From positions 1 through 35,577 of IMG/VR virus record IMGVR_UViG_3300035135_002526: a stretch of 35,577 nt of DNA; one strand, given 5' to 3'. The position numbers were made by a program, and so were the translations under genes. This document shows positions 26,395-34,088 of the stretch, one piece after another (position 1 is the first letter of the stretch; every line of letters starts with the position of its first letter). Source of the stretch: a virus. Its lineage: Duplodnaviria; Caudoviricetes. Below the pieces are notes generated by a model. That model saw nothing but the letters and a program-made list of their open reading frames with translations. It was not told where the DNA came from and did not search any database.

Positions 26395-27256
26395 TACGTC
26401 TTGTCTCCTGTTCTATATTTGTAGGTTGTAGCTCAGGGTTGAGATCCCATTTTTCTTTTGCTTCTAAACCAATGGATCCGTCAAACGGGCAAGGAGTACC
26501 TGCCATTTCCATTGCACGATATACACCTGCGTCTTGGCACATCAATGCAACAGCAGCAACCTTCATCCCCATATTGTAAAGTGTTTTTGAATTCTTAAGG
26601 CGTTCACAATTAAGATCACGAATATGACCTCCCCCCGATATACCTACAATTTGTGTTTGCACTGCACCTGAGTATGTAACTGTACAAGTATCATTTCCGC
26701 CTAACATTATAGTAGGTGCTATTGCACTTGGCGGTGGTGATTCTATTTTTTGTGTTATAGTGCTATCATTTTTGTTGTTGTTATTATTAGTGTTCGTGTT
26801 GGTATTTGTATTAGTATTATTACTAGTGCTTGTATTTGTATTATTTGTAGTAACGTTGCTGGTACTATTAACTGTTTGGTCTATAGTGCTATCTGTTGTT
26901 TGGTTTACAGTACTGTTAGTAGTTTGATTAATGGTATTGTTGTTAGTATTCGTTGAGGTGCTATTAACAGTAGTATTATTAGTGTTTGTATTAGTATTAG
27001 TATTTGTACTATTGATAGTTGTATTATTTGTGTTAGTATTAGTATTTGTTGATGTTGAATCAACAGTAGTGTTGTTAGTATTTGTATTAGTCGTAGTGAC
27101 ATCACTAGTAGTATTAGTAGTGCTATTATTTTCTGTCTCTACGTAACTAGTACTATCGAAATTGCCATCTGCATCATTTGCAACTTGACCAAACGCTACA
27201 GATGAGTATAGTGCCAGGCCTGTAAATGCTAGGACCGGAATCATTCTAAGTTTCAT
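26324..27256 (-). CDS. Exported protein with Thr/Asn-rich repeats and Cys-containing C-terminal domain (start MKLRMI at 27256)
   Basis: Signal peptide, TN repeats, PPPSAIAP...C...CERLK...MGMKVAAV.LMCQD...AGTPCP, C-terminal hydrophobic tail. Confidence 0.75.
   Translation of the reverse strand: MKLRMIPVLAFTGLALYSSVAFGQVANDADGNFDSTSYVETENNSTTNTTSDVTTTNTNTNNTTVDSTSTNTNTNTNNTTINSTNTNTNTNTNNTTVNSTSTNTNNNTINQTTNSTVNQTTDSTIDQTVNSTSNVTTNNTNTSTSNNTNTNTNTNTNNNNNKNDSTITQKIESPPPSAIAPTIMLGGNDTCTVTYSGAVQTQIVGISGGGHIRDLNCERLKNSKTLYNMGMKVAAVALMCQDAGVYRAMEMAGTPCPFDGSIGLEAKEKWDLNPELQPTNIEQETRRNDQMEGAVKGILGGGLLFLLLGL
26760..27130 (-). repeat. Low-complexity coding repeat (ACT AAT/ACA AAT)n encoding TNTNTN
   Basis: Degenerate 6-nt periodicity (gtatta/gtattt on the + strand). 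Confidence 0.85.
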
Positions 27257-27319
27257 GTATTTTACCCCTCTGGCAACAGAGATCCTCACGCTCTATTACA
27301 TACATATTTATTTGAATGA

Positions 27320-27335
27320 TGTAAAAAATTTTACA
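27320..27335. promoter_or_regulatory. Palindromic operator candidate TGTAAAA-AA-TTTTACA (TGT-N10-ACA)
   Basis: Inverted repeat between divergent ATAAATA boxes (27305-27311 minus, 27379-27385 plus). Confidence 0.5.
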
Positions 27336-27392
27336 CCAACTTAATATTTTTTTAATACTTTACCTTGCTTGTAGGTGCATAAATAATACACT

Positions 27393-27668
27393 ATGCAGAA
27401 ACCGGATAATAATGAAGAGCAGGAAGCCTTTTTTGAGTTTTTCGATACGCTGAAAATTGACCCTGTTACCCAAAAAATATATCCCGAACAGGATGAGCCT
27501 GATGAAGATGACCGTACGAGTTTATCTGATGCTGTTGACGAAATGATTATTGATGCAATTAAGACTGCGTTAATAGAACACAATCACAATCGTACAAAAG
27601 CCGCAAAGTGCTTAGGAATAAGTAGAGAAAATCTTATATATAGATTGAAAACTTTAAAGATTTTTTAG
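27393..27668 (+). CDS. Stand-alone Fis-type HTH (HTH_8) DNA-binding protein
   Basis: IKTALIEHNHNRTKAAKCLGISRENLIYRLK, with an acidic N-terminus. Confidence 0.85.
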   Translation: MQKPDNNEEQEAFFEFFDTLKIDPVTQKIYPEQDEPDEDDRTSLSDAVDEMIIDAIKTALIEHNHNRTKAAKCLGISRENLIYRLKTLKIF

Positions 27669-29344
27669 GCTTTTGCAATATAGCCCGGAGTAGGAGTTTG
27701 CTGATCATCGTTCCAATTAAACCCACCGCCTGTTATAATTTTATCAGTGCCCATTTGTTGTACTAAATCGTCAGCATCTCTGAAAATGACATAATTTAAG
27801 TTGTCTGTTCTTAGCAACATAACAGTGGTAATACCGTCTGCTAAATGATAACTTGAATACGCAATTTTAGAATATGCTATATTCATTTTTCCAATATTTA
27901 TGGTGCCATCATCATTAACAGCATCAGCAATAAGTTCGCCTGGATTGAATGGTTTATGATGTTTATTAGGCGTACCGTCTCTATTTGTTGCTGGTTTGCT
28001 TAATTTATCATAGTTTTGAACAAGTGCTTTAATAGTCGATTCGAAAAGTTCATAAGTTTCTCTTTTGTTAGCATAAGGTTGTAACACTTCAATATTTAAA
28101 TTTTTTAAACCACTACTATTCCAGTTGTACTTTGAACCTTCTTTTGCTTTATTTTTAATGACATTGTATCTATTGCCATTGTACTCTCTTGCAGGTACTA
28201 GTTTTTCCGAACCGTCTTTTTGTGTAACTGAAACTGTTGCATCTTCTGGTGCATTCTGCATTATTTGGTTAATGCCTTTTGCCCATATTGCCCAACCTGT
28301 AGTTGCTTTTGCAATAGACTTACTGTTAAAACGTCCGCCTGTTTTTGCACTTGCTTTAATTTCAACTTCTTCTTTGCCAATTTTTAGGTCTCCCTTCTTG
28401 CCTTTTTCAGCAGGGTTACCCATCATAGACAATGCCATTTCGCCTGGACCAATTGCACCTGATGTTGTGCCCGGTGCGTAACTAAAAATATTTTCTTCAA
28501 CAAACACATCAAACACTTTTTGATATTTAGAATTAACGTGATTCTTGATGTTACCCTGTGGTTGTTGAATGACATCAAGCATATTAATGACATCGCCACG
28601 TACACATGCTTCTAGAAATTCTTTTATTTCTTGTCCAGTAACATCACCGCCTTCTTGCATGTCAAGTATTTTACCAAACAGAGCTTGCTTTAGTGTTTTA
28701 GTAAACTTCTGTGCATTGACAGCCATTTTTTTGTAAGCAGCTCTTTCTTTACTTGCCCATTCAGATGTGTCTTCATCTTCTCTAAAACCTTGTACTTTGT
28801 TGCCTAGTGTCACAAGTACTCCAGTAACTTCTTTAACAAAATTTATTGCTTCATCTCTTTCTGACATTGCACTATCTCTAGCCGCACGTAAAGTTTCAGA
28901 AGATTTTACATTTGCATCAAGTGTTACATTTAAGCTAGATAAGAACTTTGTCTTTTGTTCGTCAGTTAGTCCTTGGTCTGATTCTATCATAGCAATATCA
29001 TCACGTAACATTTGAAGAGCGGCTTCTGCATCTTTATTTTGCTGCTCAATATTTTTCAAATCACCTAATTTATTTTGTACATCACCAACTGCTTCTACAG
29101 TAGAGTTTGGTTGATTTGTTTGTAATTGCGATCGATTTTCTATGTTTTTTGAAACAAAGTCTCTAACTTTTTGTGCAATAGCTTGTATGTTTTTTACAAA
29201 GGCGGCTCTTTTCTCATTATCCATAGCCGGTACTGCTTTTGCAATAGCATCTAAGTCATGCATTGCATGTTGAGCTTCGAGCCCAGCATTAGCCGCTTTA
29301 TTTTCTGCAAGTTGAATTGAAGATTTGATATCTGAGTAACGCAT
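27665..29344 (-). CDS. Large late protein with coiled-coil N-terminus and possible PD-(D/E)XK-like domain
   Basis: GPGE.AL...KGDL...VEIKA pattern; upstream ATAAATA box. Confidence 0.55.
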   Translation of the reverse strand: MRYSDIKSSIQLAENKAANAGLEAQHAMHDLDAIAKAVPAMDNEKRAAFVKNIQAIAQKVRDFVSKNIENRSQLQTNQPNSTVEAVGDVQNKLGDLKNIEQQNKDAEAALQMLRDDIAMIESDQGLTDEQKTKFLSSLNVTLDANVKSSETLRAARDSAMSERDEAINFVKEVTGVLVTLGNKVQGFREDEDTSEWASKERAAYKKMAVNAQKFTKTLKQALFGKILDMQEGGDVTGQEIKEFLEACVRGDVINMLDVIQQPQGNIKNHVNSKYQKVFDVFVEENIFSYAPGTTSGAIGPGEMALSMMGNPAEKGKKGDLKIGKEEVEIKASAKTGGRFNSKSIAKATTGWAIWAKGINQIMQNAPEDATVSVTQKDGSEKLVPAREYNGNRYNVIKNKAKEGSKYNWNSSGLKNLNIEVLQPYANKRETYELFESTIKALVQNYDKLSKPATNRDGTPNKHHKPFNPGELIADAVNDDGTINIGKMNIAYSKIAYSSYHLADGITTVMLLRTDNLNYVIFRDADDLVQQMGTDKIITGGGFNWNDDQQTPTPGYIAKA

Positions 29345-29370
29345 TAAACTTTCCTAAATATTTTATGTAT

Positions 29371-30063
29371 TTATGTCAGTTTAGGGAACAACATGTCTCT
29401 GCAGAATACTTCTACATCCTCTTCGGGTAACCCGAGACTTTTCATCACATTTGCTGTGTGTGGATTTTGTTGCTGATTATGGCAGTAATAGTTTTGTGAA
29501 GCCGCTACTAAATCTGCTTGTCCGTAACCATCATAGTCAGGTACTTCTTCAAACCAAGCACGTAGATTACCTAGTGCGATATCTATAATTGCTGTGGCTT
29601 CTTCGTCAGTTTTTACATTGCCTGCGGCAAGCATCTTATCTGTAAATATATTACGAGCCCATTCAGGAAGTTCACGTTGCTTTTCAGGAATAAAGTCTGC
29701 TACACTTTCCTTATAACCATCTATCATAGGATGATCAATCGTTGAGCTAGGTGAAAAGTCATGGAATGCACCTGTCATTTTGTTTTTGCCTGCTATTACA
29801 TCAAAGCCGTAAATAGGTGCATCATTTAGTAGTTGTGGGAAACAACACACATGCATCATCCAAAGACCTTTTGTGTCTCTTGCATCAACTACATCTATAT
29901 GAGCCCGTCTTACACTTTTGTTTGCCCATACACGATTTATCCAACCATTGTCTGGCTGATTAAATTCGCTAAGTCCTGGTTCTTCAATTTCTTCTGCATA
30001 TTGATCAAATATGTTTAGTATCTCATCTTTGCAGTCTATAAGTTTATTCCAAATAATTGACAT
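29371..30063 (-). CDS. pcyX: Ferredoxin-dependent bilin reductase, PcyX/PcyA-like (start MSIIWNK at 30063)
   Basis: RRAHIDVVD, MMHVC.FP, PIYGFDVIAG, AFHDFSP, RELPEWA.NIF and QN.YC.NQQQNPHT motifs; close to a heme oxygenase gene. Confidence 0.85.
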   Translation of the reverse strand: MSIIWNKLIDCKDEILNIFDQYAEEIEEPGLSEFNQPDNGWINRVWANKSVRRAHIDVVDARDTKGLWMMHVCCFPQLLNDAPIYGFDVIAGKNKMTGAFHDFSPSSTIDHPMIDGYKESVADFIPEKQRELPEWARNIFTDKMLAAGNVKTDEEATAIIDIALGNLRAWFEEVPDYDGYGQADLVAASQNYYCHNQQQNPHTANVMKSLGLPEEDVEVFCRDMLFPKLT

Positions 30064-30664
30064 TACTTGCCTCCTGTAAATTATAATTTTTTGCACTGAA
30101 AACAATATTAATTACCATTCTATTAGGATGCTCAGTTGGTAATGTTCCTGCATGATATCTATTAGATTCAAAGACTACCCCTGTTCCTGCTTTAGGATGA
30201 ATCTTTGCTATTACTTTTCCATCTTGAGGATTTCTGTCTGTAATTTTTGTATCAAAAAAGTATGTAGGGCCGTCACTATCGTTTACGTAATACAGCAAAG
30301 TTAGGGCATCTGTCCTTCCACTATCTGTGTGTGGAGGATGCATTTTATCTTTCCACGTTTCGTTTTTTACATATAAATTAGATTTAATTCTATCTAATGC
30401 TGTAACTTCCATTCCGGTTTCTTTTTCTAGAAACCAAAGCAAAGGTTTAATTTCATTTATAGTTTCTGCGTGATGAACTTCATTTTGATAGCTCACTCTA
30501 CACATCATAGGTGATTCTTCACAATTTACATTCCAACCTCTACTGCTTTCATTATCACCTGTTGCATAGTGTACATATGCCCATTTCATTTGGTATGTAA
30601 AATATTCATTTAATCCTTCAACAAAAGAATTTGGACAAAAATTTTCATAAACTGCTATTGACAT
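30044..30664 (-). CDS. 2OG-Fe(II) oxygenase
   Basis: PHTD...LYYVNDSDGPT...YHAG...RMVIN (HxD...H...R). Confidence 0.88.
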   Translation of the reverse strand: MSIAVYENFCPNSFVEGLNEYFTYQMKWAYVHYATGDNESSRGWNVNCEESPMMCRVSYQNEVHHAETINEIKPLLWFLEKETGMEVTALDRIKSNLYVKNETWKDKMHPPHTDSGRTDALTLLYYVNDSDGPTYFFDTKITDRNPQDGKVIAKIHPKAGTGVVFESNRYHAGTLPTEHPNRMVINIVFSAKNYNLQEASNVNYLE

Positions 30665-30666
30665 TT

Positions 30667-31227
30667 TTACTCCTCTACATAATGAGGAATATCTAACTCC
30701 ATCATATCTTGAAACAACTTTGTAGCAGACTCAAAAACCCACTTGGCTTCTTCTGCCATATGGTCTGAGGTTTTGGCTCGTATTGCTTCTTTAATTTCTT
30801 GCACATCGCCTTCAAACTGGTACATTCTGCCTTCACCGGGAACTTTCTTTTTTATCATTTGTCCGCCGCTTAGGTCGCCCATATGTAAAACATATATATG
30901 TGCCATTAGACTATCTGGATCTGCCATAATAGTTCTAATATGATTTATATAATCGTTTGTGCTAGGTAATGTTATAGGACGATCTTTGCTTTCCCATAAC
31001 TCATTAAAATCTTCTTCTATTGCTTTTTTACGTTGCACAGTTGGAAAGGTATCAAACATACGATTGGCTAAACCGACTGCTTCTAGTAAGTTATATTTTG
31101 CGTGTTGATTCCAAAGGTAAGTTGCGTAAAATTGTGGATTTATTTTGCCACTCATTAAGACTTTTACAAAGTCTTGACGTTCTGCATTCTTATGATGTTC
31201 CCAAGTCAGTTCTTTTAAATTACTCAT
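30667..31227 (-). CDS. hemO: Heme oxygenase
   Basis: LKELT...H..AE proximal helix and YVLHMGDLSGGQMI distal helix. Confidence 0.92.
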   Translation of the reverse strand: MSNLKELTWEHHKNAERQDFVKVLMSGKINPQFYATYLWNQHAKYNLLEAVGLANRMFDTFPTVQRKKAIEEDFNELWESKDRPITLPSTNDYINHIRTIMADPDSLMAHIYVLHMGDLSGGQMIKKKVPGEGRMYQFEGDVQEIKEAIRAKTSDHMAEEAKWVFESATKLFQDMMELDIPHYVEE

Positions 31228-31534
31228 TATCTATTCTCAATTGCAGAGGAAAACCTCTATCTCTGCTTGCTGTTGTTGCTTCTACTGCCTTTTGTTCGGC
31301 TATCTCATAATTGTATATACCTACAATAGCACTACCTTCGTTATGAATTTGAAGCATAATTTTGCTTGCAGTCTCTTGAGAATGATTAAATATGTTTTTA
31401 AGAACATCTATCACCCAGTCCATTGGTGTAGAATTGTCGTTAAGCATGACAACCTTGTACTTGCCAGGTTCTTCATTTTTAATATCAATAGTTTCATCTA
31501 ACTTGATATCTTCTAAAATATCAACGCCACTCAT
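31220..31534 (-). CDS. clpS: ClpS N-end-rule adaptor
   Basis: YKVVMLNDNSTPMDWV...ML.IH.EG...AEQK...FPL. Confidence 0.93.
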   Translation of the reverse strand: MSGVDILEDIKLDETIDIKNEEPGKYKVVMLNDNSTPMDWVIDVLKNIFNHSQETASKIMLQIHNEGSAIVGIYNYEIAEQKAVEATTASRDRGFPLQLRIDNE

Positions 31535-31553
31535 TTAAATCTCCTAATAATGC

Positions 31554-31574
31554 GGGGGAGTATTACACTCCCCC
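31554..31574 (-). terminator. Strong hairpin after hsp20 (terminator or stabiliser; no U-tract)
   Basis: GGGGGAGT-GTAAT-ACTCCCCC. Confidence 0.6.
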
Positions 31575-31582
31575 TAGACTGT

Positions 31583-32047
31583 TTACTTCTCGGAAACGGT
31601 TCCTTCGATAGTTTCGCCTGTGTTGATTTGAATCTTCTTAGGCTGTAACTCTTCCGGTACTTCACGTTTTAAATGGATATTTAGCATACCTAGTTCTAGG
31701 TTAGCACCAACCACTTCAACGTGTTCAGCGAGTGTAAACTCTCTGCGGAATGATCTTCCGCCGATACCTTTATGTAGGTAGTTTACGTCATCGTCTCCTT
31801 TAGGAGCAGTTCCTTCAATTTTAAGTACTTTATTGTCCTTTTCAATTGAAAGGTTGTCCATACCAAAGCCAGCAACTGCCAATGAAATCATATATTCATC
31901 TTCGTTGATCTGTGCAATGTTATATGGGGGATACCCTTGGCTCTTAGTTGAGTTTTCAAACATTCTGTCCATCTCGTTAAAGATGTTATCGAATCCTACA
32001 AAATGTCTGTGAATTGAGGGTAAGTCTAGAGTTGTTAGTCTTGTCAT
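31583..32047 (-). CDS. hsp20: Small heat shock protein (Hsp20/IbpA family)
   Basis: YPPYNI, LAVAGF, YLHKGI..RSF.R.FTLA and GML.I.L.R.VPE motifs. Confidence 0.96.
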   Translation of the reverse strand: MTRLTTLDLPSIHRHFVGFDNIFNEMDRMFENSTKSQGYPPYNIAQINEDEYMISLAVAGFGMDNLSIEKDNKVLKIEGTAPKGDDDVNYLHKGIGGRSFRREFTLAEHVEVVGANLELGMLNIHLKREVPEELQPKKIQINTGETIEGTVSEK

Positions 32048-32053
32048 GTTTTT

Positions 32054-32125
32054 TCTCCTTTAATAAGCAAGATTAATTTTAGGACCCTTTCGGCATCCTA
32101 GTACACTATAACTCTTATAATGTAC
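32054..32125 (-). promoter_or_regulatory. ROSE-like RNA thermometer in the hsp20 5' UTR
   Basis: Three consecutive hairpins. The last, UCUUGCUU-AUUA-AAGGAGA, pairs the UUGCU motif with the SD and leaves a bulged G. Confidence 0.72.
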
Positions 32126-32143
32126 AACTTTATTTATCATCTA

Positions 32144-33325
32144 TCAATTACCGATAGTTGATTTTTCGAACACAGAATTATGAGTCTGTGTACATCGAAC
32201 AAATGTTGTGCATTTGTTCAAATGTTTCAAGCGTACCGCTCCAGCATAAGTACAAGTAGAACGCACACCACCCAAGATATCTTGAATAGTATGTCCCACT
32301 GGTCCTTTGTAAGGTACAAGTACTGTTCTTCCTTCACTGCTTCTATACTCCTTGAGTCCACCGAAGTGTTTTTCATTTGCACTTTTACTACTCATACCAT
32401 AGAACTGTACAAACCATTTTTCTACAATTTTTCTTTTATGATTTTCCAAATGATCTATAACTTCATATTCTAGCTCATCTGTTTCATAAAACTTTTTAAT
32501 TATATCCCCACCACCTTCGTCATGTCCTGCAAGCATTCCTCCAAGCATAACGAAGTCGGCTCCTCCAGCAAATGCCTTAGCCACATCGCCTGGAGTGCTA
32601 CATCCTCCATCAGCAATGATATGTCCACCAAGGCCGTGAGCAGCATCAGCACACTCAATAACAGCACTAAGCTGAGGATAACCAACGCCAGTTTGAATAC
32701 GAGTTGTGCAAACGCTCCCAGGGCCGATGCCCACTTTAACAATGTCTGCTCCACTTAATATTAACTCCTCTGTCATCTCACCAGTTACTACGTTACCAGC
32801 AATGATGACTATGTGCGGGTAAAGTCTTCTAAATTCAGCAACGAAATCTCTAAACCTATTACTGTAACCATTGGCTACATCAATACAAACATATTTTAAT
32901 TGCTGATCCACTTGTTCGTATACGTTTCGAAATTTTTGATGATCTCGATCAGTAATACCTATACTCATTGCCACATAATTTGTTCTTTTATCATGTGACG
33001 AATCAAAATAATTAACTAATTCATTTACACTGTAAGTTTTTACAAGACATGTAAAAATAGATTGTTCGGCAAGGACATCTGCCATTTCAAATGTACCAAC
33101 ACCATCCATATTACTTGCCATAATTGGAACACCTCTCCAATCTCTAGGTTGTTCCTGTACCACCGGATAGCCATCTGGCAACACATCAGTGTTTACATAA
33201 GGTGTGTAGTTACGGAATGTGTAGCCACGAGTAAGATCAACCTCCTTGCGACTACCTAATGTCGAACGCTTGGGTCGGATTAATACATCCTTATAATCTA
33301 ACTTCATGTCCTCTTCAATTCTCAT
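32144..33325 (-). CDS. guaC: GMP reductase
   Basis: [46 protein letters not shown] and YRSSEG motifs. Confidence 0.96.
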   Translation of the reverse strand: MRIEEDMKLDYKDVLIRPKRSTLGSRKEVDLTRGYTFRNYTPYVNTDVLPDGYPVVQEQPRDWRGVPIMASNMDGVGTFEMADVLAEQSIFTCLVKTYSVNELVNYFDSSHDKRTNYVAMSIGITDRDHQKFRNVYEQVDQQLKYVCIDVANGYSNRFRDFVAEFRRLYPHIVIIAGNVVTGEMTEELILSGADIVKVGIGPGSVCTTRIQTGVGYPQLSAVIECADAAHGLGGHIIADGGCSTPGDVAKAFAGGADFVMLGGMLAGHDEGGGDIIKKFYETDELEYEVIDHLENHKRKIVEKWFVQFYGMSSKSANEKHFGGLKEYRSSEGRTVLVPYKGPVGHTIQDILGGVRSTCTYAGAVRLKHLNKCTTFVRCTQTHNSVFEKSTIGN

Positions 33326-33573
33326 TAGAACCTATCCTGCTCCATCTTACGTAATTTTTTTAACCAACGAGCTCGGCCAGCGGCTTTTGCTCTTTTTCTT
33401 TGTTCGCTTGGTTTGACATAATGTTGTCTTTCACGAATTTCTTGAATAATACCTGCTTCTTGTACTTTCTTTTTAAATTTACGCATTGCGCCGTTAAAAT
33501 CGCCATTACGTACTTCAACGGTAAGACCTTTTAGATCATTGTCCTTACGCCTGAAGTTATTGTTGCGTTTCAT
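33325..33573 (-). CDS. rpsU: Ribosomal protein bS21 (start MKRNNN at 33573)
   Basis: V.VRNG....[25 protein letters not shown]; AGGAGG RBS. Confidence 0.92.
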   Translation of the reverse strand: MKRNNNFRRKDNDLKGLTVEVRNGDFNGAMRKFKKKVQEAGIIQEIRERQHYVKPSEQRKRAKAAGRARWLKKLRKMEQDRF

Positions 33574-33958
33574 TCTCAAGTGCACCTCCTAATTTGTGTT
33601 TTAAGAAATCTAATGTAAATATTTGATTTTTACTTATTGTATTATACATTGACTCTCCGCTATTTGTCAACCAAAAAGTCTTGTCCTTTGCAAGGAAATA
33701 ACCTGCAATACTACGCACTTCTGGTGACGAATTGTCAATGTCGAATATAACTATGTCTACATGATTGAATACATCAATCAACCAATAGTTTTCATGATCT
33801 TTTTCTAGTTCATATAGATAAACGTGTGTGGGCTGGTTTACATTTAAAAGTAAGTTTTGAAATTCTTCCTTGATTTTAGCACTAGGATGAATTAACAATA
33901 TACTTTTTTCTTGTGTGTAAAGCCTATCTGGGGGTGTAATTAATACTACATCACTCAT
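33557..33958 (-). CDS. Hypothetical alpha/beta protein
   Basis: ITPPD N-terminus; coupled to the upstream -1-frame ORF. Confidence 0.7.
   Translation of the reverse strand: MSDVVLITPPDRLYTQEKSILLIHPSAKIKEEFQNLLLNVNQPTHVYLYELEKDHENYWLIDVFNHVDIVIFDIDNSSPEVRSIAGYFLAKDKTFWLTNSGESMYNTISKNQIFTLDFLKHKLGGALENETQQ
33641..33670 (-). promoter_or_regulatory. Sigma70-type promoter upstream of rpsU, embedded in the preceding CDS
   Basis: TTGACA-N18-TATAAT, preceded by the TTTTGG extension seen at other promoters here. Confidence 0.55.
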
Positions 33959-34088
33959 TTTTATTAGTTCTTATCCTGTTCCAAATACTTTCGTTATTTT
34001 GCTCTTCATTTTGTATATAGCTTGAATCTACTTGGTCTTCTTCCGAACTTGGCGTTGCCCCTCTTTCATTATGTAGGTCTTTTTTTTT
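33951..34088 (-). other. Candidate -1 programmed frameshift site and alternative C-terminus
   Basis: TCA AAA AAA AAG (A_AAA_AAG) at 34090-34079; the -1 frame is open to 33951. Confidence 0.6.

Noticed and set aside
26760-27130. Repetitive gtatta-rich tract as a CRISPR array or intergenic tandem repeat
   Set aside because: It is a degenerate codon-level repeat inside an intact ORF encoding Thr/Asn runs, with no repeat-spacer structure.
32144-33325. Intein or intron in guaC (longer than typical GuaC)
   Set aside because: The extra length comes from two short loop insertions; there are no intein splice motifs and no frame break.
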